In this document: in pieces, positions 27,767 through 37,703 of the stretch
Layout of the letters: each line of letters begins with the position of its first letter
How positions within the stretch are numbered: the stretch's first letter is position 1
Assembly: GCA_963724975.1 (NCBI GenBank)
Contig: CAVRXB010000001.1
Coordinates: 606,511-670,510 of the forward strand
Reading direction: 5' to 3'
DNA length: 64,000 nucleotides
From: an uncultured beta proteobacterium
Lineage (GTDB): Bacteria; Pseudomonadota; Gammaproteobacteria; Burkholderiales; Casimicrobiaceae
Notes under the pieces: generated by a model
Database searches by the model: none
The model's input: only the letters and a program-made list of their open reading frames with translations
What the model was told of the DNA's origin: nothing
Program-made: the position numbers and the translations under genes

Positions 27767-28757
27767 TCAGCGCTTGCGGCAGATGCCGACGTGAAAATCG
27801 GAGGGCAGGTAGCCGGCATCCTCGTAGAGCATCCTGTCGATTTCGATCAGCAAGCGCATGATCGACTCGGACTCCGGCGAGCCATCCGTCATTTTCTTGT
27901 GATCGAGGCAGCGGTAGAGCATGTGCAGGATGGCGCCTCCGAAAGGACGCAGGACTTCGATTTCGAAACGGTGGCGAAGAAACGGCAGGATCAACGCCGC
28001 GCGGACGCCCTCGGAAGGGTCGCCGGTCAGCATCGCGTCGAGCGTCGGATTGACGTAGCGCGGGCGCTCCGGATTGAGAAACACCGGATCGAGCGTCGCC
28101 AGCAGCTGGTTGATGGCGTTCACCTTGCGGTCGTCCAGGATCGTGTAGCTGTCGCCCGTGTACTCGTTGAAGACGAGCTCTTCCGCCGGCGGTAAGACGC
28201 CGATGCACTGCTCCGAGCACGGTTTCGATCTCGCGCACGTGATGCAGCGATCCAAAAAAGCAGACGACGTCGTAGCTCGCATCGCCCAGCTTGCCATCGA
28301 AATCATCGAAGCCGGCTTCGAAGAAATGGATGTTGCCGATGCCTGCGTCGCGCGCCTTGTCGCGGGCGATCGCGATCGACTTCGGCGACAGGTCGAAAGC
28401 GTCGATGCGAGCGAACTTGCCCGAGTGTGCCATGACGAGCTCGTGGCCGCCGGTGCCGCAGGCGAGCGACAGCGCACGCTTGAATGGTCCTCCCAGCGCG
28501 TCTTCGAGCATCCAGTTGAGCCAATATTTGTTCACGCCACCGGTGATCCGCCGGTAGACGGCCGATTCGATCAGCGGATTTTGCGTCCACTGTGGGTTTT
28601 CGCCGGCGCTTGCGTACGCGTCCCAGTGTCTCGAGCTAATGTCCTCGGGCTTCATCGGCGGCAGACCCGGCAGCTTGCGCACCTGTTGTTCCGCACGCAG
28701 GAAGCCGCGCCGCGCGCGCCGCACGGCGCGCCGGAGGAAGTCATTGGCTGTGCCCAA
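27767..28757 (-). pseudogene. class I SAM-dependent methyltransferase, frameshifted
   Basis: LSLACGTGGHE (motif I), AFDLSP, VVCFFGSLHH, then ..AVHRRLTAGG | ELVFNEYTGDSY in another frame. Junction at about 28175-28187. Confidence 0.75.
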
Positions 28758-28761
28758 GGCT

Positions 28762-29391
28762 TCAGACGGCGCGGCGGAACGTGGCGAGGAAGGCGCCGGC
28801 CGCGATGAACAGCCCGCCGAACGCGCGATTCATCGCACGCAAATGGCGCGGCGCCCGCAGCAGGCGCAGCACGCGCGCAGCGAGCCCCGTGTAACCGCTC
28901 ATGACGACGAGATCGGTGAACAGTAGCGTACCGCCGCAAATGATGTACTGGACGAGCTGGGGGCGCGCAGGGTCGATGAACTGCGGTAGAACAGCGAGCA
29001 TGAACAGGATGCCCTTGGGGTTGGTGGCATTGACGAGGAATCCACGCAGGAGAAGCGCCTTTGCCCCGCCGTCGGTCGCCACCGCAGCATCGATCTCCGG
29101 CGAAATCGCCGGTGCGCGCCACTGCTGAATGCCGAGCCACACGAGATATCCGACGCCCAGCCATTTCACCGCCGTGAACGCAACGGTGGACGCCGCAAGC
29201 ACGGCGCCCAATCCGGCGGCGACGATGGCGAGAACGAACAGGATGCCGAGCTCCAGCCCGATGATGTTCGGGAGCGCGCGCCGGTAGCCGAAGCGCATGC
29301 CCGCGCTCATGCACGAGATTGCGCCGGCGCCCGGGCTCAGCGAAATCAGCCACGACGCGACAAGGAAGGCGAGCCAAGTATCGAGCGGCAT
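28762..29391 (-). CDS. LysE/RhtB family amino-acid exporter
   Basis: Start at ATG 29391 (MPLDTWLAFLVASWLISLSPGAG). NPKGILFMLAVLPQF motif. Six TM helices. Confidence 0.88.
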   Translation of the reverse strand: MPLDTWLAFLVASWLISLSPGAGAISCMSAGMRFGYRRALPNIIGLELGILFVLAIVAAGLGAVLAASTVAFTAVKWLGVGYLVWLGIQQWRAPAISPEIDAAVATDGGAKALLLRGFLVNATNPKGILFMLAVLPQFIDPARPQLVQYIICGGTLLFTDLVVMSGYTGLAARVLRLLRAPRHLRAMNRAFGGLFIAAGAFLATFRRAV

Positions 29392-29463
29392 GCGGGTACA
29401 AACGGCAATTGGGAAACCGGTGGGCGATGATAGCACTCTGTCGGGCCCGCAGCTCGCTTAGGA

Positions 29464-30600
29464 TCAGTCCAACGTGCGGCGGAAGACCTTGAGCCCGATG
29501 CCGATCACGATTGCCATGAAAAGCGCTATCGGCCACAACTCGGAGGCGATCTCGGTGAAGCCATTCCCCTTCAAGAGCACGCCACGGACGACGCGCAGGA
29601 AGTGCGTGAGCGGCAGCGCCGAGCCGATCGTCTGCGCCCACCCCGGCATGCCGCGAAACGGAAACATGAACCCGGACAGCAGGATCGACGGTAGAAAGAA
29701 GAAAAATGTCATTTGCATCGCTTGCAGCTGGTTTCGCGCGAGCGACGAAAATGTGAGACCCAGCGTCAGGTTCGCCGCGATGAACAGCAGCACAGCGAAA
29801 AAGAGCACGTCGAGCCGGCCGATCATCGGCACGTGAAACACGAGTCGCGCGAGCAGCAGGATGATCGAGACCTGGATCAAGCCGATCAGCACGTATGGCA
29901 CGATCTTTCCCGTCATCACCTCGAGGGGATTGGCCGGCGTCGCGAGCAGATTTTCCATCGTGCCGCGCTCGGTCTCGCGCGTGATCGCGAGCCCCGTCAT
30001 CAGTACCATTGTCATCGTCAGGATCACGCCCATGAGCCCGGGCACGATGTTGTATTGCGTGATCGCCTCCGGGTTGTAGCGCGGATGGACCCGGACTTCG
30101 AACACGCTGGGAGCAGCAGCCAACGGCGCGAGCGGCCCGACCAGCTCGCGAGCGAGCGCATTCTGGGCCAGCGGATTCAGGGCGGCGATCGCGTTGCCGG
30201 TCGCCGCGGGATCGGTGGCATCGGCTTCGATCAGGAGCGTTGGCCGCTCGCCGCGCACGAGCGCGCGCGAAAATCCTTCCGGAATCGTGACCACGAACTG
30301 AACCTCGCCGGTCGACAGCATCGTATCGATCTCGGCGTCGTCGTGGGCTTCGCGGACGAAGTCGAAATACTCGCTGTTCGAGAGCGCCGCGAGGATGCTG
30401 CGGGAGAACTCGCTGCGGTCGGCGTCATGGACTGCGGCGGCCATGTGCTTCGGGTCGGAGTTGATCGCAAAGCCGAACAGCACGAGCTGAAGCACCGGGA
30501 TGCCGACGATCATCGCGAACGTGAGGCGGTCGCGCTTCAGCTGGATGAATTCCTTCCCGACAATGCCAAACCAGCGCGACCAGGAGAAAAAGCGGTTCAT
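29464..30600 (-). CDS. ABC-2 type transporter permease
   Basis: 378 aa, with an N-terminal TM helix, a large periplasmic loop and five C-terminal TM helices. ATGA overlap with the ATPase gene. Confidence 0.9.
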   Translation of the reverse strand: MNRFFSWSRWFGIVGKEFIQLKRDRLTFAMIVGIPVLQLVLFGFAINSDPKHMAAAVHDADRSEFSRSILAALSNSEYFDFVREAHDDAEIDTMLSTGEVQFVVTIPEGFSRALVRGERPTLLIEADATDPAATGNAIAALNPLAQNALARELVGPLAPLAAAPSVFEVRVHPRYNPEAITQYNIVPGLMGVILTMTMVLMTGLAITRETERGTMENLLATPANPLEVMTGKIVPYVLIGLIQVSIILLLARLVFHVPMIGRLDVLFFAVLLFIAANLTLGLTFSSLARNQLQAMQMTFFFFLPSILLSGFMFPFRGMPGWAQTIGSALPLTHFLRVVRGVLLKGNGFTEIASELWPIALFMAIVIGIGLKVFRRTLD

Positions 30601-31559
30601 GACTTGTCCGCGACCGATTCGTCTTTCGCGTTGCGCATCAGGTGAATGAACACGTCTTCAAGCCCAGGCTGCACGCGTTCCCATTTGTAGCGCGTATTCG
30701 CCCGGAACAGCGCGAGCTCCGCGGTCATCTTGTCGGCGTCGCGCCCGACCACGTGCAGCCGGCCGCCAAAGGCCGCGATCTGCTCGACCGAGGGAAGCGC
30801 GCGTAGCTCCCGCGCAAGCGGCGCAAGATCGGGACCTTCGACCGACCAGCCGACGAGCGCCTGCTTCGCGATCACTTCCTCGACGGTGCCCTGCGCGAGC
30901 AGCCGGCCGTTCAGGATGTACGCAAGCTTGTGGCAGCGTTCCGCTTCGTCCATGTAGTGCGTGCTGACGAGCACGGTGATGCCGGTCGCGGCGAACGCGT
31001 GAAGTTCCTCCCAGAATTCGCGCCGCGCCTCCGGATCGACGCCGGCAGTCGGCTCGTCGAGCAGCAGCAATTGCGGCTCGTGCAGAAGGCATGCCGCCAG
31101 TGCAAGCCGCTGCTTCCAGCCGCCGGAGAGAGTTCCAGCAAGCTGATTGCCGCGTTCCTTCAGCCCGAGCCGATCGAGCGCTGCTTCGACCTTCGCACTG
31201 CGATCGGCCATCCCATACATGCGCGCAATGAACTGCAGGTTCTCGCGAATCGTGAGGTCTTCCCAGAACGAGAAGCGTTGCGTCATGTATCCAGCGCGGC
31301 GCTTGATCTCATAGGCGTCGCGCCGAATGTCGTAGCCGAGGCATGTGCCCTCGCCGGAATCGGGCGTTAACAACCCGCAGAGCATCCGGATCGTCGTCGT
31401 CTTGCCGCTGCCGTTCGGGCCCAGAAAGCCGAAGATCTCGCCGCGACGCACTGATAGAGCGACGTCGCGCACCACATGATTGGCGCCGAAGCGCTTGTTG
31501 AGGCCGCGAACGTCGATGACGACCTCGGGCGCGCGTTCGGCAGCGGCCACCGCGTTCAA
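30597..31559 (-). CDS. ABC transporter ATP-binding protein
   Basis: Walker A GPNGSGKTT, signature LSGGWKQR, Walker B LLLLDEP. TTG start overlaps the HlyD stop (TTGA). Confidence 0.92.
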   Translation of the reverse strand: MNAVAAAERAPEVVIDVRGLNKRFGANHVVRDVALSVRRGEIFGFLGPNGSGKTTTIRMLCGLLTPDSGEGTCLGYDIRRDAYEIKRRAGYMTQRFSFWEDLTIRENLQFIARMYGMADRSAKVEAALDRLGLKERGNQLAGTLSGGWKQRLALAACLLHEPQLLLLDEPTAGVDPEARREFWEELHAFAATGITVLVSTHYMDEAERCHKLAYILNGRLLAQGTVEEVIAKQALVGWSVEGPDLAPLARELRALPSVEQIAAFGGRLHVVGRDADKMTAELALFRANTRYKWERVQPGLEDVFIHLMRNAKDESVADKS

Positions 31560-32537
31560 GGCAGCGTCACGTCGACGGGCTGACCCGGTTTGAGCTTCGC
31601 CGCGTCGGCGGCAGACGGACGCGCCTCAACCAGGAACACGAGCTTGCCGCGATTTTCCTTCGAATAGAGCACCGGCGGCGTGTATTCGGCGCGATCCGAC
31701 ACATAGTCGACGGTCGCCGGAATCGGCTCGCCGCAGCCATCGCAGTTGAGCTTCACGGGGGTGCCCGCGCGAACCCGTGCCAGCAGAGGCTCGGACACGT
31801 AAAAGCGCGCCTTGACATTCGCGGGCGGCAGAATGCTGACGACAGGGCTCCCGGACGGCACGAAATCGCCGGCGTTGTAATAGGTGTCGTGAACGAGACC
31901 CGAGGCCGGAGCCGCGATGGCGCGCTGCGCGAGTCGCCATTCGCTTTGCGCAAGCACCTCACGCGCTGCCTTGGCATCGGCTTCCGCCGCGCGGATTTCG
32001 TCGGTTCGCGCGGGCATCCGAGTCGTGGTCACGCTGGCCTCGAGCTCGGCCACGCGTGCCTGGTCGCGCTTCGCGGCCATGCGCATATCGTCGAGCGCCG
32101 CGCTGCTGATGAAACCTTCGCTGAATAGCTTCTGCTGCCGCTTGAGATTGGCAGCCGAAAGGTCGCGCGCGAGCGCGCGCCTGCTGCAGCTGCTCGGCGA
32201 CAACTTCGACTTCCGCGGGGCGCTTGCCCGTTTGCAAATTGGCGAATCGCGCTTCGGCAGCGCGCAATCGCTCCTCGGCCTCGCGCCTTGCCGCGGTCTC
32301 GTTCTCGCGCTCGAGCGCGAACAAGGGCGCACCCGCGCTAACCGAATCGCCACGTCGCACGGCGAGCCGCTGCAACGTGCCCGCGAACGGTGCGGCGACG
32401 CGCAGATATTCGCCTTCGATGTAACCGGTGAGCGGCCCTTCGCTGGCGGGGCCGCATGCGGTCAGCACGAACGAGACGATCCACGCCGAAATCAGCGCGG
32501 TGCGCGGCTCGGGCCTTCCATCGCGCGGAGCTTCCAT
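31556..32537 (-). pseudogene. HlyD-family periplasmic adaptor of the ABC-2 efflux operon, frameshifted
   Basis: N-terminal part in ORF 31959..32687 (TGYIEGEYLRVAAPFAGTL..RRGDSV..GAPLF). C-terminal part in ORF 31556..32353 (ANLKRQQKLFSEGFISSAALDD ... PGQPVDVTLP). Junction lies in the GCGCGC run at about 32163-32181. Confidence 0.78.
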
Positions 32538-32631
32538 CTCCCCGCAGAGCTTACCTACGCGACTTCGAAATTGCCAGCAAGCGTCTGGGCTTGGGTAGTG
32601 TGCCCGGTACAATCCCGGTCCGAGACATGCC

Positions 32632-33681
32632 ATGAACCCGCCGGCAGCCCCGCCGCTTTCGATCCTGCGCTTCGGCTTCACCGGCAAGACCGCCGACTAT
32701 TTCCGCATCTGGGCGGTGAGTTTGTGCCTGTCGCTGCTTACGTTGGGCGTTTACTCCGCCTGGGGAAAAGTGCGCAAGCGGCGTTATCTGTACGCCCATA
32801 CGCGGCTCGACGGATCGGGATTCGATTATCACGCCACCCCGGTTGCGATTCTCAAGGGTCGCGTGATCGCGTTGCTGCTCTTCGGCGGCCTCGCGTTCTC
32901 CGGGCATTTCTTTTTTTGGCTGCAGATCGCGTTCATCGTGATCCTGGTGCTGCTAACGCCCTGGATCGTCGTCGCGTCATCGCGATTCAATGCCCGCAAT
33001 TCGACGTTTCGCAATGTTGCGTTTGCATTCGACGGCACATTGCGAGAAGCGGCCATTGTCCTGCTTGGCTTCGGCGCGATCGTGATCGTCACTCTCGGGC
33101 TCGCCTATCCGTGGTTCCGGATGCGCCGCGCGCGCTTCATCGTCGGGCGGCACCGCTTTGGCGCGACACCCTTCAAGTCCGATATCGCGGTCAGCGGCTT
33201 CATTGTCGCGTACCTGCTGGGAGCATTGCTGATGATCGGCGCCACAGTGCTGTACATTTTAGCGATGGGTGCGGCGTTCGGCCTCGCGGCTTCGATTGGC
33301 AATGCGAAGCCCCCGTCGGCCGCGCTCGCTTTCGTTCCGATCATCGGGATCTACGCGGTCTACCTCGCGGTGTTCGCGTACGTGCGCGCACGTGTTGGCA
33401 ACCTTACGCTGAACGGCGCGATCGTCGGGCCGCTGCGTTGCCGCAGCATGTTGCGCGCGCGTGACCTCGCGTGGCTTTATATGAGCAACATCATCGCGGT
33501 CTTCGCCACGTTGGGGCTGGCGGTGCCATGGGTGACGATTCGCATGGCGCGCTACCGTGCCTCGACGCTGTGTCTTGTCGGCACCGTGTCCCTCGCATCG
33601 TTCGTCGCGGCGCCGGGCGTTGTCGGAACCGCGACCGGCTCGGAAGTCGGCGATCTCTTCGACGTGGACGTGTCGCTGTGA
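32632..33681 (+). CDS. YjgN/DUF898 family membrane protein
   Basis: FGFTGKTADYFRIWAVSLCLSLLTLGVYSAWGKVRKRRY, with an internal duplication (..YPWFRMRRARF.. and ..VPWVTIRMARY..). Confidence 0.85.
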   Translation: MNPPAAPPLSILRFGFTGKTADYFRIWAVSLCLSLLTLGVYSAWGKVRKRRYLYAHTRLDGSGFDYHATPVAILKGRVIALLLFGGLAFSGHFFFWLQIAFIVILVLLTPWIVVASSRFNARNSTFRNVAFAFDGTLREAAIVLLGFGAIVIVTLGLAYPWFRMRRARFIVGRHRFGATPFKSDIAVSGFIVAYLLGALLMIGATVLYILAMGAAFGLAASIGNAKPPSAALAFVPIIGIYAVYLAVFAYVRARVGNLTLNGAIVGPLRCRSMLRARDLAWLYMSNIIAVFATLGLAVPWVTIRMARYRASTLCLVGTVSLASFVAAPGVVGTATGSEVGDLFDVDVSL

Positions 33682-34691
33682 TCGCATTCGACGGCGCCTT
33701 CTATGACGGACACGTAGCGGCTGCGGCGCCGGTGCGCGTCGAGGAGCGCGGCGACGACGTCACGATTGAGGACGGAACGGTGACCGCGCGGCTGCCTCGC
33801 GCCAGTATCGTCGCGGATGCGCCGATCCCCGGCGTTCCGCGCACGATCCGGTTGCCGGACGGCGAGCGTATCGAGACCGAAAATCACGCTGCGATCGCCG
33901 CGTTGTGGCCGGAGCGCGGCTTGATCGCGCGTACCGCCTACGCCCTTGAATCGCGCTGGTGGGCGGTGGTGGGCGGAATCGCGATCACGGCGACTTGCGT
34001 CTGGTTCGCCGTCGCCATTGCGCTCCCGCTCGCCGCGGATCCCGTGGCACAGCGCATCAGCCCGAAAGTCGAAGCCTACCTCGGCGAGCAGGCGCTGGCT
34101 TCGCTCGACGCCACCGTGCTGAAGCCGTCGCGATTACCCGAGGACGAGCAGGACGAATGGAGCGACAAATTCGGCCGCTTTGTCGCGGGCGAAAAAGGCG
34201 AGGAACGCTACACCATCGTCTTCCGCCATGCGGCGATGCCCAACGCGTTTGCGCTCCCCGGAGGCACGATCGTGATCACCGACGAAATGGTCGATGCCGT
34301 CGGCAGCGACGACGAGCTCCTGGCAGTGCTCGCCCATGAAATCGGCCACGTGCGCGGCCGCCATGCGATGCGGATGGTGCTGCAGAATTCCGGCGTCGCC
34401 GTGCTCATGACGGCACTTGCCGGCGATGCAGTCGGTGTCACCTTCCTCGTAGTTGCGGTGCCGTCAATGTTGCTGCAGTCGGGATACTCGCGCAAATTCG
34501 AGGCCGAAGCCGACGACTATGCGTTCGCGCACATGAAGCGGCACGGGGTGTCGCCGCAGGCGTTCGCGAGCCTGATGCGCCGGTTCGAAAAGGCTACGGG
34601 CGGTGCCAAGGACGACGGCCCCGTCATCCGCTACCTCGGCTCGCATCCGGCGACCGCTGATCGGATTCGCCGGGCCGAGGAGGCGCGCTAG
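33678..34691 (+). CDS. M48 family metallopeptidase
   Basis: GTG start overlaps the DUF898 stop (GTGA). HEIGH zinc motif, followed by EAEAD. Confidence 0.85.
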   Translation: MIAFDGAFYDGHVAAAAPVRVEERGDDVTIEDGTVTARLPRASIVADAPIPGVPRTIRLPDGERIETENHAAIAALWPERGLIARTAYALESRWWAVVGGIAITATCVWFAVAIALPLAADPVAQRISPKVEAYLGEQALASLDATVLKPSRLPEDEQDEWSDKFGRFVAGEKGEERYTIVFRHAAMPNAFALPGGTIVITDEMVDAVGSDDELLAVLAHEIGHVRGRHAMRMVLQNSGVAVLMTALAGDAVGVTFLVVAVPSMLLQSGYSRKFEAEADDYAFAHMKRHGVSPQAFASLMRRFEKATGGAKDDGPVIRYLGSHPATADRIRRAEEAR

Positions 34692-34751
34692 CTTCTAAAA
34701 GCGATCTCGATTCCCCGCGAGCGGCCCGATCAGCCCCTCTTGAGATGCGTT

Positions 34752-35357
34752 CTAGTACTTGATGCTGCAGCCGTAGGGCGACGTTGACGCCACGGTCACA
34801 GGTTTCCCGGACATCGCCTCGGCAAGCGCGGCGTGGACGTAATTGTGCGCGGTCTTCGCATCCCCCGGGTTCGCTGTGCGCCGGTCGTCGATCGCCCCGT
34901 TGTACAACACGTTGCCGGCGGGATCGATGACGAACATGTGCGGCGTGACCCGTGCGGCGTAGGCGCGGCCGGTGGCGCTGTCGCCATCGATCAGCGTCGC
35001 CCTCTGCGCCGCCCCCTGTGCGCGCATCCATTGCGCCATCTCTGCTGGTGTCTTGAACTCCGAGTTGTTGGTGTTCGTCGAGTTGATCGACAGCCAGACG
35101 ACCTCGCGCGCGCCCCATTCCTTCTGCAGGCCCTGCATGTTGCCGCTCGTATAGTGCTTGCGCACGAACGGACATTCGGGATTGGTCCACTCGAGCACGA
35201 TGTACTTGCCGCGATAGTCGGCGAGCTGCACGCTCCTTCCCGCGGTGTCGGTCAGCGTGAATGCCGGCGCCGCAGCGCCCGGCGATTGGGCGAACGCGGC
35301 GACCGGAGCGAGCGCCGCCGCAGCGAAAAGAGACAGGGCAAACGAGGAAATTCGCAT
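34752..35357 (-). CDS. thioredoxin-fold (redoxin) periplasmic protein
   Basis: GGAGA RBS before ATG 35357. Signal peptide. WTNPECPFV site. C-terminal YGCSIKY. Confidence 0.8.
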   Translation of the reverse strand: MRISSFALSLFAAAALAPVAAFAQSPGAAAPAFTLTDTAGRSVQLADYRGKYIVLEWTNPECPFVRKHYTSGNMQGLQKEWGAREVVWLSINSTNTNNSEFKTPAEMAQWMRAQGAAQRATLIDGDSATGRAYAARVTPHMFVIDPAGNVLYNGAIDDRRTANPGDAKTAHNYVHAALAEAMSGKPVTVASTSPYGCSIKY

Positions 35358-35374
35358 TTTGATCTCCGATTGAC

Positions 35375-37533
35375 TCATATCGTCGCCAGCGCGTCCAGCA
35401 CGATCTGCTGCTGCAGCACTTCCGGCAGCAGCAGCGGCGCCTTGCCTGGCCGATGCAATACATAAACCGGCACGCCACTTCTGCCAAGAGCCGCGAGCGC
35501 CTGCGTGATCGCCGGATCGCGGCGTGTCCAGTCGGCGCGCACGAGCGCGACGTTTCGCCTGGCGAAGGCGGCGCGTACGTCATCGGTGTTCAGCACGAGC
35601 CGCTTGTTGACCTGACAGGTGACGCACCACGCGGCGGTGAAATCGATGAACACGGGACGCCCCGCCGCCGTGAAATCGGCGACCCGCGCCGGCGTGAAAG
35701 GTGTCCAGTCGCCGGCGACCGCTGCTGCCGACGCATCGGTGCTCTTCACCGCCTCCGCATCGCGCGCGAACAACGGCCACGCCACGACCGCTGCGATTGC
35801 CAGCATCGCGAGTCCGACAATGCCCCATGGCGCGCACCGCCGCCGCGAACGATTCGCCAGGCCCACAATGCAAAGCCCACGCCGAGCAGCACGGCGAAAA
35901 GCCGCAGCACTGCATCGTTGTCGCGCTGCGCACCCAGCACCCACGCGAGCCAGATCACCGTCGCATAAAGCGGAAACGCGAGCAGTTGCTTGAATCGCTC
36001 GAGCCACGGCCCGGGACGCGGCAGGCGATTCCGCCAGCCGGGGAACCATGCGAGGATCGCATACGGGAGCGCCATGCCGATACCAAGCGCCACGAACACA
36101 AGCACCATCATCGCGGTTCCGCCAGCTAACGCGAAACCAAGCGCCGCCCCCATGAACGGCGCCGTGCAGGGCGACGCGACGACGACGGCGAGCACACCCG
36201 AGCCGAACGCGTCGACCGTGCGATTCCTGCTCGACCACCCGGCCACGCTGGAGGGTGCGAGCTGGCCGAATTCGAATACGCCGGACAGGTTCAGCGCCAG
36301 CACGAAAAAGAGGATCGCGAGCGCCGTGACCACCGCCGGCGATTGCAGCTGGAATCCCCAGCCCAGTTGCTCGCCCGCGGCGCGCAGCGCCGACAGCAGT
36401 AGTCCCAACGCGACGAAGGTGATGATGACACCCGCCGCAAACGCACCCGCTTCGTGATGCAGCGTCGATTTGGGATCGCCGTGCGTGGCGAATCCGAGCA
36501 CTTTGAGCGACAACACGGGAAAAACGCAGGGCATCAAATTGAGCAGCATGCCGCCGAGCAGTGCGAAGACGAGCGCAAAAGCGAGTCCCGGCCCGGCGGC
36601 ATCGGCGCCACCGGGCGCAAGACCAAGCGGCGGCGGCGCCGCGATCGCCGCGCGCGGCGGCGCAGTCACCGAGCCGCTGACGGCGACGTCCAGTGTGGCG
36701 GCACGAGCGTCGTCACCGAACCCATTCGCCGCCGTGACGATTCCCGCAAGATTTCCGAACGCGCCGTTCAATGTCGATGCGACCGGAAGCATCAGCACGT
36801 AACCGTTTCCTTCGCGCGTGAGCGGCTGCGGTGCCGAAGGCTCGATGCGGTCGATCGCGTTGGAAAAAAAGCGCACCTCGCCCGGATCGGCGGCACCCGC
36901 CGTCGGCACAAGCTTCAATGCAATTGTCTTGCCGCGTCCTTCGGCGCTTACCTGCCAGTTGGAAAGCGGTCGCGGAAGTGCTGCCTGTTCCGCGGCGATG
37001 GGCTTGCTCCAGCGCGGATCGGGCGCCGCAACATTCGAAACGGGCAGCGTCAATGTGAGATCGGCGCCCTCTGGGATGCAGATCTCCTTGCAAACGAGCC
37101 AGTCGGCGCGTGCCGCAAGCGTCACGTCGCGCCCCGGCTGAAAATCGGCGGGCGTCGTCAACGTGACGAGATGCAACACCTCGTTTTCATAGCCGTAATT
37201 GATCAGCGGACCAACGGGAAGCAAATGCGGCGCAGGCCACTCGATCGGCCCGGCCTTGACGCCTTCAGGCAGCTTCCATTCGAGGGTCGTCGGTAAACCT
37301 GAATCGCCCGGATTTCTCCAGTACGTGTGCCAACCCTTGTCGATCCCCAAGCGCAGCGCGACCGTCAACGGCTCGCCGGGCGCGAGCGCTGTCCTGGCCG
37401 CAACGAGCTCGGCTTCGACGTGCTCGGTGCGCACCGGCGCCGCCGAGACTGTCACGGCGAGTGCGAGCACCGACGCCGCGCACAACGCGCGGAGCAAGAA
37501 ATTCGTCGGGCAGAGCGTTCTCATCATGATCAT
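35375..37533 (-). pseudogene. dsbD: thiol:disulfide interchange protein DsbD (ScsB-like N-domain, CcdA core, C-terminal thioredoxin), frameshifted
   Basis: N-terminal domain WHTYWRNPGDSG. TM core LNLMPCVFPVL and VVASPCTAPF. The frame changes at about 35821-35840 (..WRIVRGGGA | PWGIVGLAMLAIAAVV). C-terminal FTAAWCVTCQ. Confidence 0.8.
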
Positions 37534-37578
37534 GACATTGGGTTCGGCGTCCGCGGGATGGTTCCCGCCGCGCGAAGC

Positions 37579-37584
37579 TATAAT
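37579..37584 (+). promoter_or_regulatory. candidate -10 hexamer upstream of the UPF0016 gene
   Basis: Perfect TATAAT in GC-rich intergenic DNA, 120 nt upstream of ATG 37704. No convincing -35. Confidence 0.25.
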
Positions 37585-37703
37585 TCTACCGGGCGGCCTC
37601 GCTGCCGCAGGCGGAACGGTTCCCGGTCTGCCTGTCGCAGCGCCCTAGCCGACCGGCGGCACCCGCCTCTGCGGTCAACACCCGGCACACTCCCCCGATT
37701 CCC

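Noticed and set aside
21600-29450. Genomic island / horizontally acquired block
   Set aside because: It is accessory in content, but I see no integrase, transposase, tRNA or direct-repeat boundaries, and no obvious composition shift by eye. I treat it only as a possible surface-modification block.
37534-37703. yybP-ykoY (Mn) riboswitch upstream of the UPF0016/GDT1 transporter
   Set aside because: This family is often riboswitch-controlled, but I could not find the conserved GGGGAGUAG or the paired-helix signature in the 170-nt leader.
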